Source: a virus. From it: a stretch of DNA of 64,000 nucleotides. Numbering within the stretch: the stretch's first letter is position 1; every line of letters begins with the position of its first letter. This document shows, piece after piece, positions 1-10,123 of the stretch. Below the pieces are notes generated by a model. That model made no database searches. It worked only from the letters and a program-made list of their open reading frames with translations, and had not been told where the DNA came from. The position numbers and the translations under genes are program-made. The DNA lies in IMG/VR virus record IMGVR_UViG_3300022074_000005, one strand, 5' to 3'.

Positions 1-71
1 TCAAGTAATTGAGCTGAACTCATTTCTATTAAATTACCACTATCGTAATATAACGGGTTTCTTGCTGTCAT
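1..71 (-). CDS. 5' end of a probable virion structural protein, truncated by the window edge (MTARNPLYYDSGNLIEMSSAQL...)
   Basis: ATG at 69-71 with upstream AGGA; frame open to position 1; follows the tail fibre gene. Confidence 0.55.
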   Translation of the reverse strand, partial: MTARNPLYYDSGNLIEMSSAQLL

Positions 72-112
72 AATTATCCTTTATACTATACTTATATACC
101 TTTTGTCAACTA

Positions 113-1396
113 TTATATAGCTGCGTGTCCGTTTACAGTTTTCAAAGTCGAACCAGAAGAGTTTTTAATCAATAGAATACTATCTGGTGTTGCGTGAAAC
201 TTACCAGTTGAACCTACGATTTTTGCTTTTTCTGTAGCCGCTTCTGAATTACCACATCTGAACGAAATCTTAGTTGCGTTATTAGATGCAGAGAAGTCAC
301 CTTCAGAAACACACTCAACAGCACCTGCAACTAAAATTGCATCTGTACCTGTGCCTTCATCGGGAGCTTGGAACTGTATAGAACCTAATACGTTGTTAGC
401 TGCAACATCTGTATCACCTGTTTGCATTGTAAGAACAGCACCAACACCAGAGTTACCTGTAGTTGAAGTGTTTTTCATAGTGATACCTGTATCTGCTACG
501 TGAGTTAAAGTTACATCTGAGTCTGCACCAAAAGATAATATAGCTGCGTCAGATATTAATCTTAAATCATCACCGATTGATGCGTCTGCAGCTACACCAA
601 GTCCACCACCGACAGTTAATGCACCGTCTGTAGCACTTGTGTTTGCAGTTGTTGCTGTAATTGAAACAACACCACCAGAAGATATTCCGATTGCGTTTGT
701 ATCTGAAGCTGATCCGATTGTACCTGCATCAGGTATTACGATTGCACCACTTGAACCGTTAAGTGTTAAAACACCAACTGAAGATAATGCCATAGTTTCA
801 GCAGCTGCAGCTGAAGCCGCAGTTTGAAACGATAGTTTTGTTGCGTTGTTAGATGAACTAAAGTCACCTTCTGAAACAGCAGAGATACCACCTGCAACTA
901 GAATTGCATCTGTACCTGTACCTTCATTTGGTGCTTGGAATTTAATATGTCCTAAAACGTTGCCTGATGCGATATCTGTATCGCCAGTCTGCATTGTAAG
1001 AACAGCACCAACACCAGAGTTACCTGAAGTTGACTCGTTCTTTAAAATCAGACCTGTGTCTGCAACGTGAGTTAATGTTATGTCTTGATCGTTACCAAAT
1101 TTGATAACTGAACCATCTGCTAGAAATAAGTCAGAAAATTCTGCTGACGCAGAACCTATTGCTGCTCCATCGGCGCTGGATGGCACAATAGAAGTTGTTA
1201 TTGCTGGAGAGGTTAAAGTTTTGTTTGTTAACGTGGACGTGCTTGCAGCAGTCACCATCGCAAATCCGCCTGCTGTGCTTCCGTCATGTACTCGAAGAGT
1301 ATCGACCGTTGTATCATAGGTGATTTCACCTAAAGCGCCAGTAAATGCGTTATTCTGCGTTGTTGTACCACGTCTAAATTGAAGTACTGTAGGCAT
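113..1396 (-). CDS. Tail fibre / receptor-binding protein with an internal duplicated module
   Basis: N-terminal LQFRRGT...GEITYDT...LRVHDG motif typical of phage fibre N-termini; Gly/Ser/Thr/Ala-rich; ~95 aa module repeated; late promoter upstream. Confidence 0.75.
   Translation of the reverse strand: MPTVLQFRRGTTTQNNAFTGALGEITYDTTVDTLRVHDGSTAGGFAMVTAASTSTLTNKTLTSPAITTSIVPSSADGAAIGSASAEFSDLFLADGSVIKFGNDQDITLTHVADTGLILKNESTSGNSGVGAVLTMQTGDTDIASGNVLGHIKFQAPNEGTGTDAILVAGGISAVSEGDFSSSNNATKLSFQTAASAAAAETMALSSVGVLTLNGSSGAIVIPDAGTIGSASDTNAIGISSGGVVSITATTANTSATDGALTVGGGLGVAADASIGDDLRLISDAAILSFGADSDVTLTHVADTGITMKNTSTTGNSGVGAVLTMQTGDTDVAANNVLGSIQFQAPDEGTGTDAILVAGAVECVSEGDFSASNNATKISFRCGNSEAATEKAKIVGSTGKFHATPDSILLIKNSSGSTLKTVNGHAAI
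263..1107. repeat. Intragenic direct repeat, two ~280 bp copies offset by 567 bp
   Basis: 424-459 and 991-1026 are identical over 36 nt; LTHVADTG...GNSGVGAVLTMQTGDTD...GTGTDAILVAG...SEGDFS occurs twice in the protein. Confidence 0.85.
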
Positions 1397-1431
1397 TTGA
1401 ATAAAGCTCCTTTATATTCTTTTATTTTTTA

Positions 1432-1439
1432 TATTTATA
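1432..1439 (-). promoter_or_regulatory. T4-type late promoter TATAAATA
   Basis: Exact gp55 consensus in intergenic DNA upstream of the fibre gene. Confidence 0.75.
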
Positions 1440-1455
1440 TTTAGTATTTATCATT

Positions 1456-1989
1456 TTATATACCACTAGCTTGTCCTAAATCTTGGGTATTTACTATCCC
1501 TTTAGGCTCATTCATATCATATAAGTTGGAAGATAACGAAAATCCAAAAGAATCTTGAATAGAAGTATCAAATGGAGTTTCACCCCCTGCCAAATCTGCG
1601 TTTCCGTCAGCAGTGGGTAATTGTGTCAATGTTGAATTAGAAAACCCTAGATCGGCAGTATATGCAACGGTACCATCTGCATTTTTGAAAGTAATTGTTC
1701 TATCTGCTGTGGGTTCTGTAAAAACAACTGTTGTTTCAAAGGCATCAACATTCTGGCCTTCTACTACAAATCTGTCATTTTCTAATTTAAATGTTGTAGG
1801 AGTAATAGAGTCAAGAGAAAAAGTACCCGTAACTGTCAAGTCACCTACTGATATAGAAGTGGCTGCGACATTCGTTAAGTTCAAAGTACCTGCTTCAATC
1901 GCAGTTACATCGGTAACTAACTCATTGAACTGAACTCTTAATTGTTCAATCGTACTATTGTTATCTATTTCTATCGCTCTAATTGCCAT
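1456..1989 (-). CDS. Putative virion structural protein
   Basis: In the late structural operon; N-terminal coiled coil followed by a beta-rich segment. Confidence 0.5.
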   Translation of the reverse strand: MAIRAIEIDNNSTIEQLRVQFNELVTDVTAIEAGTLNLTNVAATSISVGDLTVTGTFSLDSITPTTFKLENDRFVVEGQNVDAFETTVVFTEPTADRTITFKNADGTVAYTADLGFSNSTLTQLPTADGNADLAGGETPFDTSIQDSFGFSLSSNLYDMNEPKGIVNTQDLGQASGI

Positions 1990-2215
1990 TTTTTTCTAAC
2001 ACCTTTTTTAACATATCTTTTATTTCGTGCATTTCACATTTTAAATTATTTATCTCTCTAGTCGCATGTCTTATTTCATCTCTTTGTTGAGATGCAGCTT
2101 TTGCTCTAGCAACTGCTTTTACATATGCAACTTTATTAGTATTAATAATTGCACTTGAGTTTCTATCTCTTACTAATTCAGAGTATCCCTCAACTTTTAA
2201 ATATCTTTCGCTCAT
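1979..2215 (-). CDS. Small conserved phage protein with C-terminal coiled coil
   Basis: KVEG..ELVRD..SSAIINTN motif recognised from marine T4-like structural operons; overlaps both neighbours. Confidence 0.55.
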   Translation of the reverse strand: MSERYLKVEGYSELVRDRNSSAIINTNKVAYVKAVARAKAASQQRDEIRHATREINNLKCEMHEIKDMLKKVLEKNGN

Positions 2216-5200
2216 TATGTTGCCAATGCTATTGCTCTGAAATCTTTAATTCTAATTGGTTCAGCAGCATTAGTTCCTTGTCCTACTATTTTGATTGCAA
2301 ATTGTATAAACTCTGGTAAAGGTGTTCCTATACCATCATCTGTCACACCAGAAGTAAACACGTATTCTTGGAAGTCATCATCTTCAAGTGATGAACCTAC
2401 CTCTGTATCTGTTGTACCAGTTGTGTTAAAGAAAGTATAACCTAGTTCATCGAAATCAGAAGCATCATCTGATCTTAAAACTTTAAATAAACATTTGATC
2501 GTAGCACTATTATGTTTGTGTGCTGAGAAAAATACTTTTAAAGCTGTTGCTGGTGATTCCAAAGCAACTTTTTTAGTAATGTATATAAATGCATTTTGGT
2601 CACCATCTGGTGCTTCGTTTGTTACATAATCAGTTGTAGGGAAAACTCCACTAGAATCTGTTATGTTATTTACTTTGTTTGCAACTAAAACAGCTGACAA
2701 TCTATCTGTATCAATAACAGGTGATATGTTAGCATTATTAGAACCAAGTGTTAATGGTAAGAAGAATGATTTAGCACCAGCAAGTTCATTTGTTTCATTT
2801 ATTTGAGATGCAACAATATTACATTCTGGTAGTCTTTGGTTTTCATTTAAAGATATTGCTCTAGCATTTGCTAATGTTCTAGTATTAAATGATGTTTCTG
2901 TACCACTTGGTGATCTACCTGTAGTGTTTCTTAATTTACCAGCTACACTTGTTTCTGGTAATTCTAAAGTAGCAATTGAAGTTTTAAGTAATTCATATCT
3001 ATAGTTTTCAGAAGCATAAACAGCTACTCCACCTATTTCAGCAGTTGTTGAACCACCACTAATACTTGGTGCAGTTGTTAAAGTTATTGTGTAATAATCT
3101 GTACCAATATTTCCTATTGATGTATGCTCTTTGTTTATCTCTGTTAATGATACACCAAATATTTCATACAACTCAACTTTGTCTGAAGCAGTATGTGCTG
3201 ATGCAGTTGAACCTCCAGCACCTCTTGTTAAAGATGATAAAGTTGTACCAGATAATGAACCTGTAATAATTTCGTTTCCTATTTTAACAGTTATGTTTCC
3301 ACTACCAAAACCTGAGTTACTTGCAAGTGTAAGTGAAGTCGCACTATCATTAATTGTAGCAGATAGTGTTGTCTCTATACCAGAAGACACACCAGTAACT
3401 ACAACATTGTTAGATGTTTGATACATACCATGATCTTCATGTTTAATCTTTAATGTTGTAGAACCATTAGTCATGATTAAAGGATTTGATTTTAATCTGT
3501 TTACATATACAGTATTTCCAATTTCATTTGTTATCGCTTGACCAATAGGATTATTTTCAAGTGTAACAGCACCTGCAGCTGTAGTATTGAATACAGCTTT
3601 TCTTAAAGTAAATTTAATATCTTCACTTTGAGATGCTGCCCATGTTCTATTGTTTTGTGATTTAAACAATACACCAAGATGTGGTTGTTTAGAAACAATT
3701 CTTAATCCACCAATATCTGTTTCACCCATTCTAGAAATCCATATTTTAGGTTCTAAAGAGTCTGAACGAACAACAAAACAATATTCTTGACCGTTCTTTA
3801 AATATACAGGTGCATCAAATGTAAATGTTGTTGCTGTTGCAGCTGTTGTTGATGTATTAATTTCAGAAGCTTGTAATAGTTTTCTACCAAATGGTAATAT
3901 TTTTGGACCAGGATAACCATTGTCAACATTTCTAATTTCAACCCAACAAGGTAAATCGTTATCTTTAGTTTGGAAGTATAAATCTAATTCTGTTATAAAT
4001 GCTCCACCCTCTTCTTCAACCAAGAAAGTTTGAGCTAATGGGTCTGGTCCAGGTGGGTCACCTCTACCTTGATCAATTTCTTGAACGTTTATAACTCTTG
4101 AACTTGTACTTAATCTACTTGTTGTTTCTGTTACACTTTTTTGTACTACTCTAGCATTTCTAGTAGCGATAATAGTTTCTTGCTCTGTTTCTAAAATACC
4201 TTTTGCAATGTAAGTTGTATTGGCTGCAGTTACAGGTACAGGTGTTTTAATATTTGTAGAACTAGAAGTAATTCTAAATTCTACTTCACCTGTTTTAAAT
4301 TTAGGAACAGCAGTTTGACCTGCAAATCTATATTCAGGTATTCTCATAGTTCCCTCAACATTACCGTTACCATCAGTTACTAATTGGACACCCTCTGCTA
4401 CTGTAGAAACATTTGTGTAACTTTGTGATTGAGGTGTGATATAAGCTGCCATTGCAGTTCCGTCAAAGAAAACATAAACTTTAGTGTTAGGTAAAAATGC
4501 TTGTCCTTTGAATGTTACGTTTCTAGGTCTAACCCAAGGTATCAATGCTCTTGATATAACTCTTGTTCCTTGAGACTCTTCATCTATTTGTTCTACAACT
4601 TGAGTGTTAATACCTGATCTTTTTAAATTTGATCTTACTGTTTGAATTGCTCTAGTTATAACTTGATTACCTTGTTGTGAAGTTTGTACTCTTGATGCAA
4701 TAGTACCAGACCATTGTGTTTCCCATGAGTTCCACACCGTACCTAATCTGTTTGAGTTTGCAGCTCTAACAGCATCAAAGTTTCCGTCAACGTTAATAAT
4801 TAAATCTGGTGCTGTTTCTGTTTCAAACCAATCATCACTTTGTGGGTCAAGATCAATGTTTCCTACCCATTGTGCTGTAATAACGGGTTGTACCTTTTCT
4901 ACTCTTGATGCATATGGGTTTTCAGATAATGTATCACTTGAATAAGGAAGTGTAATTAATGGACCAGTTTTTTGATAACCTAATGCTGTTCTATTTGCAT
5001 CTGTAGATACAGACTCAGTTAGTGTTGCATTTCTTAATATACACTTAGGTCTTAATTCTTTATTTTCCATATCCATTGCATTAGAGTAATCTTTATTTTT
5101 AACATCACCTACTCTATGACCTGCAAAGTTATCGACTACAAAACCTGATTTAAATCTGTTTAAACCATTTGCGTCTGTTACTTCAAAAGACTCTGCATCC

Positions 5201-8200
5201 CTTTCAAGTAATGACAAGTTAGTGTAGTACTCTAAGTTTTGAATTCTTTTTTGTAGTTTACCAATATCTCTCATAGTAAACCTTTGAGTTTTAAATCTTT
5301 CGATTTCAACATCTGTAGGTCTAAATGTATAAGCAGGTATGAATAGTTTAGCTAGTTTCATAGCATTTTCTAATTCTTTAGGTTCAGTTGGAACTTCAGC
5401 TGAAGAACCTGTAATAACTTTAAAATCACCTTCTTGAGTTAAGAAAACTAAAGCTAATCTTGATAGATAAAATTCTAAATCTGCTGTTCCTAGAGTGTTT
5501 GGTTTTGGTGTATCTACTGTTGATGCACCTGTGCCATCAAATTGTCTATGAAAGAAATCAAACGAATTGCCTGTAATTGTATCTACAGAACCAATAGAAT
5601 CTGTTGCACCAGTAACGTTTTCACACGTTGGTCTAAAATCAACGACATCTGTTAATGGAAACTCACCAGTCGGTTCTGGTTCATCTGGGTCAACTCTTGT
5701 TGCTGTATATGTTGGAATATTACCATATCCCATTTGACCAGCGACATCTGAATATGAATCTACTGTAAAGAAAGAACCTGAAGAATGACTGAAGAAATCA
5801 AATACTACTGCTAGTCTTCCTCTAGGTTTTGATGCACCAGCTTTTAATTGTATTCTAGAAATATCATAAAGGTTATCTCTTTGACCTGTGTCTAGTAAAT
5901 AATTTGAAGTAATAATTTTAGAACCAGCTGTTACACTTGAAACTATAGCAGTTGCACCAGAGGACGCACCTGTAATTGTTTCACTTGCCTCAAAGTTTGC
6001 AGCTCCCACACCATCTTGTAAATAATATGTAATTGGTGATGTTGGATTAATAACTCTTGCTACTGCACCAGAAGTTCCACCAGTAATTTTTTCTCCTCTA
6101 ACAAAAGTACCATTGACTGTTGTTAAAGCAATTGTTGGTAATGATGCATCTGAACTTGTATCCTCAGAGTCAAACACAGCACCTAAAGTAAAAGCATCTG
6201 CTCGTCCTAGTGATATTGTATCATCTGTTGCTCTTGTTCCAAACGCACCTGTTGTTGCGCCAGCAACTTTAACAACTTTAGATAAGTTAGTTGTTTTTAA
6301 TCTAGCAGAGATAGATGTTTTTAATAGTGTTGCAGTTAATTTAACTTTAGCACCATTTCCAAAACTTGTATTATCTGATATTGTAATTGTAGCTGTACCT
6401 GTGCCAGAGATTGTTGACTCAACATCTACAATATCTCCTTGAGATGCACTTCCACCAGAACCTGCTGTTAAAACCGATAATGTATAATCGATATCTGTAT
6501 AAGATAAAAATGTTTCATTTGCACCAGCAGTAAATGATACAGCACCAGAAGAGTTTGTTGTTGCTATAAATTGTCTTCTAATTGTCATCTGCGTATCAGA
6601 CGAACCATTGTTATCCTCTGTCAATAATGTTTTAATTGTAGGTTTAGGTAATCTATATAATGCAATATTTTTTTCTGCTTGATTTAATTTACCAATCTTT
6701 TCAGATTCTAATGCAACTGTTGTTGAGTTATCTTCTTCAAGAACTATGTTATCATTTGCATCTGTAGATGAAGCATCCGTACCATCTAAAACTATTTGAC
6801 CATCAACACCTGTTGTTGTTGATTCTAATACAGTATCAGCAGTAAAGTCTTGACCACTGTCTGGGTCATCCATAAAGAAACTTCTTGTTTCTGAAAATAT
6901 GTGTGTAACAATATTTGATATTGTTAAATCTGCGTTAGATGAATTTTCTACAATCTGATCTGTTTCTGCACTATCAGATACTATAAGTTTTTCACCTGTA
7001 GTAAAAGTACCAGAAACATTTGTAAGTACAACTTGAGTACCACTCGTTAGTGTACCAAAAACAAAACCTGTTGCATTTGACGAAGCACCTTTAACTCTAA
7101 CTCCACCATTACTATGATTAGCAGTTAATGCTGAACTTGGGTTATCGTTTAATGTTAAGTATGTAAATGGTCTTATATCAAAAAGATATAATCTGAATAC
7201 TGCATCTGTATTTCCCATAGTACCAGACTCGTATTGTATTGTTCTTGCTCTTGCGACCCCTATTTGCGTACCTGAAGCTGTTCCTCTTGTTGACGTAACA
7301 TCATCAAATAGTTGAATTGTTTTGTATGCAGTTGTCTCACCAGAGATATCTGTTACATCTGGTTGACCATATACATTTGTTATCTTAACAAAGTTTCCTA
7401 ATTCTGCGTTTATTGAACCTGCGTTTACTGTATCAAATTGTCTTGACTTTTCTACATCTTTAAAAGTGATAGTTGGTTTTTCTAATTCATATCCTTTTAC
7501 ATATGCCTTACCTGGTGATATAGCTAATATAAATTTACCTTCATCTGCTGTTCCACCATCGCTAGTAGTATCACCAGAAGCATAAACACCTCTGAAACTT
7601 TGACCTTGATATCTGTTATCAAGCATTTCTCTAGCATCTAATTGAAAAGGTCTTACTGTATAGTCACCTGACTCGTCAAACGTTCTTCTTGCAAGTGTAT
7701 CACCTAATACTGAATATTCAGTTGGTCTTGCATCACTTTGAATTTCACCATTTTTTACTCTAGCAATTTCAACAAACTCATTGTCAGCTGTAGATGTTAA
7801 ATCTAAAGATGTTAAAGTTAAACTCATTTTTAATCTATGAGCACCTTTAGCTGCAAAGTTTGAAGCACCAGTTGCGTTATCTGTTAAAGATTCATCAACT
7901 TCTGGTGTAACTAATTCTTCGTTTAAACTTATACCTATTCTAGCTGATGCAGTTTGTGAATCATCTGATAATACAAGTGTTTGATCTGATAGTTGTACGA
8001 ATGTTCCTCTTATATAATAAACACCACCTGTTGTACTAACAGCTGTTCCTAATTGTGAAGCGCTTGTGTGAGTTGTTGCTGAATTAGTGTTTATTGCATA
8101 AGTTGTAGTGTGTGTAATAGATGTATCAGCGTAAATGTTTTCAGAGTTTTGAAATATAGTTGTCTCTAAATCTGAACCTGATGAAATATATCTTACGTAT

Positions 8201-8580
8201 AATAAAGGTTGTGTTGTCGAAGTTGCAGCTTTAAATCCTATGACTTTTGCTTTTACACCAGATGTTGCACCTACGATTGTAACAGGTGAGTCTTCGCTAT
8301 AATATTGTGATGGGTCAACTGTCTCTCCAGCGAAAGCTGAAGCAAGTTGTACTGAATAGTATTGTGTATTTACAGAAATACCACCAGGTATAACTACACT
8401 ACCTTCTTGAAAAACATGAGAACCAAATCTTTCAATTTGATTTTGTAGTATTGATTGTAGCTGTGTTAACTCTCTAGCCTGTACTGCGTAACCAGGTCTA
8501 AAAAGTATTCTATGAAAATTTTTGTTTTCTGCAAAATCATCATAATATGGTGCTACGTTTAGGTCAGTTTTTTGTGCCAT
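2215..8580 (-). CDS. Large virion structural protein (VrlC / DUF4815-like)
   Basis: N-terminus NVAPYYDDF...LFRPGYAVQARELTQLQSILQNQ; RRTFDESGDY; RFTMRDIG; DPLAQTF; C-terminal DFRAIALA; directly after gp8. Confidence 0.85.
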   Translation of the reverse strand: MAQKTDLNVAPYYDDFAENKNFHRILFRPGYAVQARELTQLQSILQNQIERFGSHVFQEGSVVIPGGISVNTQYYSVQLASAFAGETVDPSQYYSEDSPVTIVGATSGVKAKVIGFKAATSTTQPLLYVRYISSGSDLETTIFQNSENIYADTSITHTTTYAINTNSATTHTSASQLGTAVSTTGGVYYIRGTFVQLSDQTLVLSDDSQTASARIGISLNEELVTPEVDESLTDNATGASNFAAKGAHRLKMSLTLTSLDLTSTADNEFVEIARVKNGEIQSDARPTEYSVLGDTLARRTFDESGDYTVRPFQLDAREMLDNRYQGQSFRGVYASGDTTSDGGTADEGKFILAISPGKAYVKGYELEKPTITFKDVEKSRQFDTVNAGSINAELGNFVKITNVYGQPDVTDISGETTAYKTIQLFDDVTSTRGTASGTQIGVARARTIQYESGTMGNTDAVFRLYLFDIRPFTYLTLNDNPSSALTANHSNGGVRVKGASSNATGFVFGTLTSGTQVVLTNVSGTFTTGEKLIVSDSAETDQIVENSSNADLTISNIVTHIFSETRSFFMDDPDSGQDFTADTVLESTTTGVDGQIVLDGTDASSTDANDNIVLEEDNSTTVALESEKIGKLNQAEKNIALYRLPKPTIKTLLTEDNNGSSDTQMTIRRQFIATTNSSGAVSFTAGANETFLSYTDIDYTLSVLTAGSGGSASQGDIVDVESTISGTGTATITISDNTSFGNGAKVKLTATLLKTSISARLKTTNLSKVVKVAGATTGAFGTRATDDTISLGRADAFTLGAVFDSEDTSSDASLPTIALTTVNGTFVRGEKITGGTSGAVARVINPTSPITYYLQDGVGAANFEASETITGASSGATAIVSSVTAGSKIITSNYLLDTGQRDNLYDISRIQLKAGASKPRGRLAVVFDFFSHSSGSFFTVDSYSDVAGQMGYGNIPTYTATRVDPDEPEPTGEFPLTDVVDFRPTCENVTGATDSIGSVDTITGNSFDFFHRQFDGTGASTVDTPKPNTLGTADLEFYLSRLALVFLTQEGDFKVITGSSAEVPTEPKELENAMKLAKLFIPAYTFRPTDVEIERFKTQRFTMRDIGKLQKRIQNLEYYTNLSLLERDAESFEVTDANGLNRFKSGFVVDNFAGHRVGDVKNKDYSNAMDMENKELRPKCILRNATLTESVSTDANRTALGYQKTGPLITLPYSSDTLSENPYASRVEKVQPVITAQWVGNIDLDPQSDDWFETETAPDLIINVDGNFDAVRAANSNRLGTVWNSWETQWSGTIASRVQTSQQGNQVITRAIQTVRSNLKRSGINTQVVEQIDEESQGTRVISRALIPWVRPRNVTFKGQAFLPNTKVYVFFDGTAMAAYITPQSQSYTNVSTVAEGVQLVTDGNGNVEGTMRIPEYRFAGQTAVPKFKTGEVEFRITSSSTNIKTPVPVTAANTTYIAKGILETEQETIIATRNARVVQKSVTETTSRLSTSSRVINVQEIDQGRGDPPGPDPLAQTFLVEEEGGAFITELDLYFQTKDNDLPCWVEIRNVDNGYPGPKILPFGRKLLQASEINTSTTAATATTFTFDAPVYLKNGQEYCFVVRSDSLEPKIWISRMGETDIGGLRIVSKQPHLGVLFKSQNNRTWAASQSEDIKFTLRKAVFNTTAAGAVTLENNPIGQAITNEIGNTVYVNRLKSNPLIMTNGSTTLKIKHEDHGMYQTSNNVVVTGVSSGIETTLSATINDSATSLTLASNSGFGSGNITVKIGNEIITGSLSGTTLSSLTRGAGGSTASAHTASDKVELYEIFGVSLTEINKEHTSIGNIGTDYYTITLTTAPSISGGSTTAEIGGVAVYASENYRYELLKTSIATLELPETSVAGKLRNTTGRSPSGTETSFNTRTLANARAISLNENQRLPECNIVASQINETNELAGAKSFFLPLTLGSNNANISPVIDTDRLSAVLVANKVNNITDSSGVFPTTDYVTNEAPDGDQNAFIYITKKVALESPATALKVFFSAHKHNSATIKCLFKVLRSDDASDFDELGYTFFNTTGTTDTEVGSSLEDDDFQEYVFTSGVTDDGIGTPLPEFIQFAIKIVGQGTNAAEPIRIKDFRAIALAT

Positions 8581-8588
8581 ATTATTCC

Positions 8589-10082
8589 TTAAAACTCAAT
8601 AATTATCTTAACATCTTCAGTTTGATCTGATACCCTTTGAATTGGTTTTCTATTTTCAATATAAACTATATTACCACTATCTGGTTGCAACTCTGGGTTT
8701 GCATATCCACTTGTTAGTGTAACTGTATTTCCGTTTGCAAGTGTGACTGTTTCAGAACCAGTTGACGATGGTGTACCTACCGCATTTGTAGTTGCACCTG
8801 TAATAGAATTTGTACCACTAAATGCTGTAAAACTTTGTGTAGTTGTTGCTGTGCCGTAAGTAGAAAATCTTTCTTGTTGATAATACAATAATTTTCTTGT
8901 GGCATCCCACTCAACAACTCTACCTACTGCACCAGTTGTTGCTTGAGTGATTTGTTCATCAACATCAAAAGTTCCTGTGGCTGAAGAGAACTTAACAACA
9001 TTGGTTTGTCTAGCTGTAGTTGCAGACGCCACGGTAGTTGTACCATAATTGGTAGGGTCAACTACTATGCCAACTTGTCTAAAGTCATTTTGTACTGTAA
9101 AGTCATCACCTTCAGCTTGTGTTATAGTTGTATTTGCTATTACAAAATGACCACCTAATTCCTCTACTGCATCTTTACCATGGCCATCTTTTGGTGAGAT
9201 GATTATTCTTACATCTCCACCTGAACCTGAACCGATGTTTGCAGAACTTGTTAAAGCTGCATCTGAGAATACGTTTGTTAAAGAAACTTTTCCAAAAGTA
9301 TATGCAGCTCCACCTGCGTGTATTGTTGTATCTGTACCAGCAGTTAATCCAAAACTTGCGATTGAACCACCTGATACTGTAATTCTTATAATTGCACCAC
9401 TTGATGTTCCTTGACTTGTACCATCACCAAACACAGGTGCGTAGTATGTTCCGTCTGTATAACCTGAACCAGCAGTTATTTTAATTGATTCTATTTTGCC
9501 ATCTACTGCAGCTGCAGAAACAGTTGTATCTGTAGATACAGGTATGTAATCTGTAGTAATAAACTTTACAGCTTCAGACGCTGTGATTGTGTACATGTAT
9601 TTTATAATGTATCCGCCTGATGCGAATGGTGATGTACTTGTAGATGTTGGCTCGGAGCCTGAAAATGCAGCCCCAGCATTATTGTCAAGAACTTTATACA
9701 CATCTTTATTAGAAGTCATGAAATAAAATCTTGAACCATAAATTGAGGAAGCACCTGAAGCTGTAGTGTTCGAAGATGAAACTCTATCATCGTACATATC
9801 AAAGACTGTAGAATTGGCCCAGTTAACTCTAGGAAGTGCGAAAGAGATATCTGAACTTGTAATTTTTTTAGCCCCTAACATAGAATCCCATAGATAGAAT
9901 TCATTTGATATGGCATCGGCTGGCGTTGGTGGAGCTGTATCTGTACCACCTGAAGTACCAGTTGTGAAAGGCATTGGTTTGCCTAAGAATAAGTAATAAG
10001 TTGACGCAGCTGATTCACTAAAGGACTCGTGAAACTGATTTGCGTTATGTTGTCTAAATTTTTCTGTTATAATTGCTGTCAT
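8589..10082 (-). CDS. gp8: Baseplate wedge subunit gp8
   Basis: VYKVLDNN, YIIKYMYTI, NDFRQVGIVVDP and C-terminal YIENRKPI.R..DQTEDVKIIIEF; synteny gp6-gp7-gp8. Confidence 0.9.
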   Translation of the reverse strand: MTAIITEKFRQHNANQFHESFSESAASTYYLFLGKPMPFTTGTSGGTDTAPPTPADAISNEFYLWDSMLGAKKITSSDISFALPRVNWANSTVFDMYDDRVSSSNTTASGASSIYGSRFYFMTSNKDVYKVLDNNAGAAFSGSEPTSTSTSPFASGGYIIKYMYTITASEAVKFITTDYIPVSTDTTVSAAAVDGKIESIKITAGSGYTDGTYYAPVFGDGTSQGTSSGAIIRITVSGGSIASFGLTAGTDTTIHAGGAAYTFGKVSLTNVFSDAALTSSANIGSGSGGDVRIIISPKDGHGKDAVEELGGHFVIANTTITQAEGDDFTVQNDFRQVGIVVDPTNYGTTTVASATTARQTNVVKFSSATGTFDVDEQITQATTGAVGRVVEWDATRKLLYYQQERFSTYGTATTTQSFTAFSGTNSITGATTNAVGTPSSTGSETVTLANGNTVTLTSGYANPELQPDSGNIVYIENRKPIQRVSDQTEDVKIIIEF

Positions 10083-10101
10083 TGGTATACACTTCCTTTT
10101 G

Positions 10102-10118
10102 TATTTATATTATTTATA
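10102..10118 (-). promoter_or_regulatory. Tandem T4-type late promoters (two TATAAATA)
   Basis: tatttata at 10102-10109 and 10111-10118, upstream of gp8. Confidence 0.75.
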
Positions 10119-10123
10119 CGATA

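Noticed and set aside
113-1396. Diversity-generating retroelement (Mtd-like N-terminus plus repeat pair)
   Set aside because: Both repeats are in frame within one gene, differences are not adenine-specific, and no reverse transcriptase is present in the window
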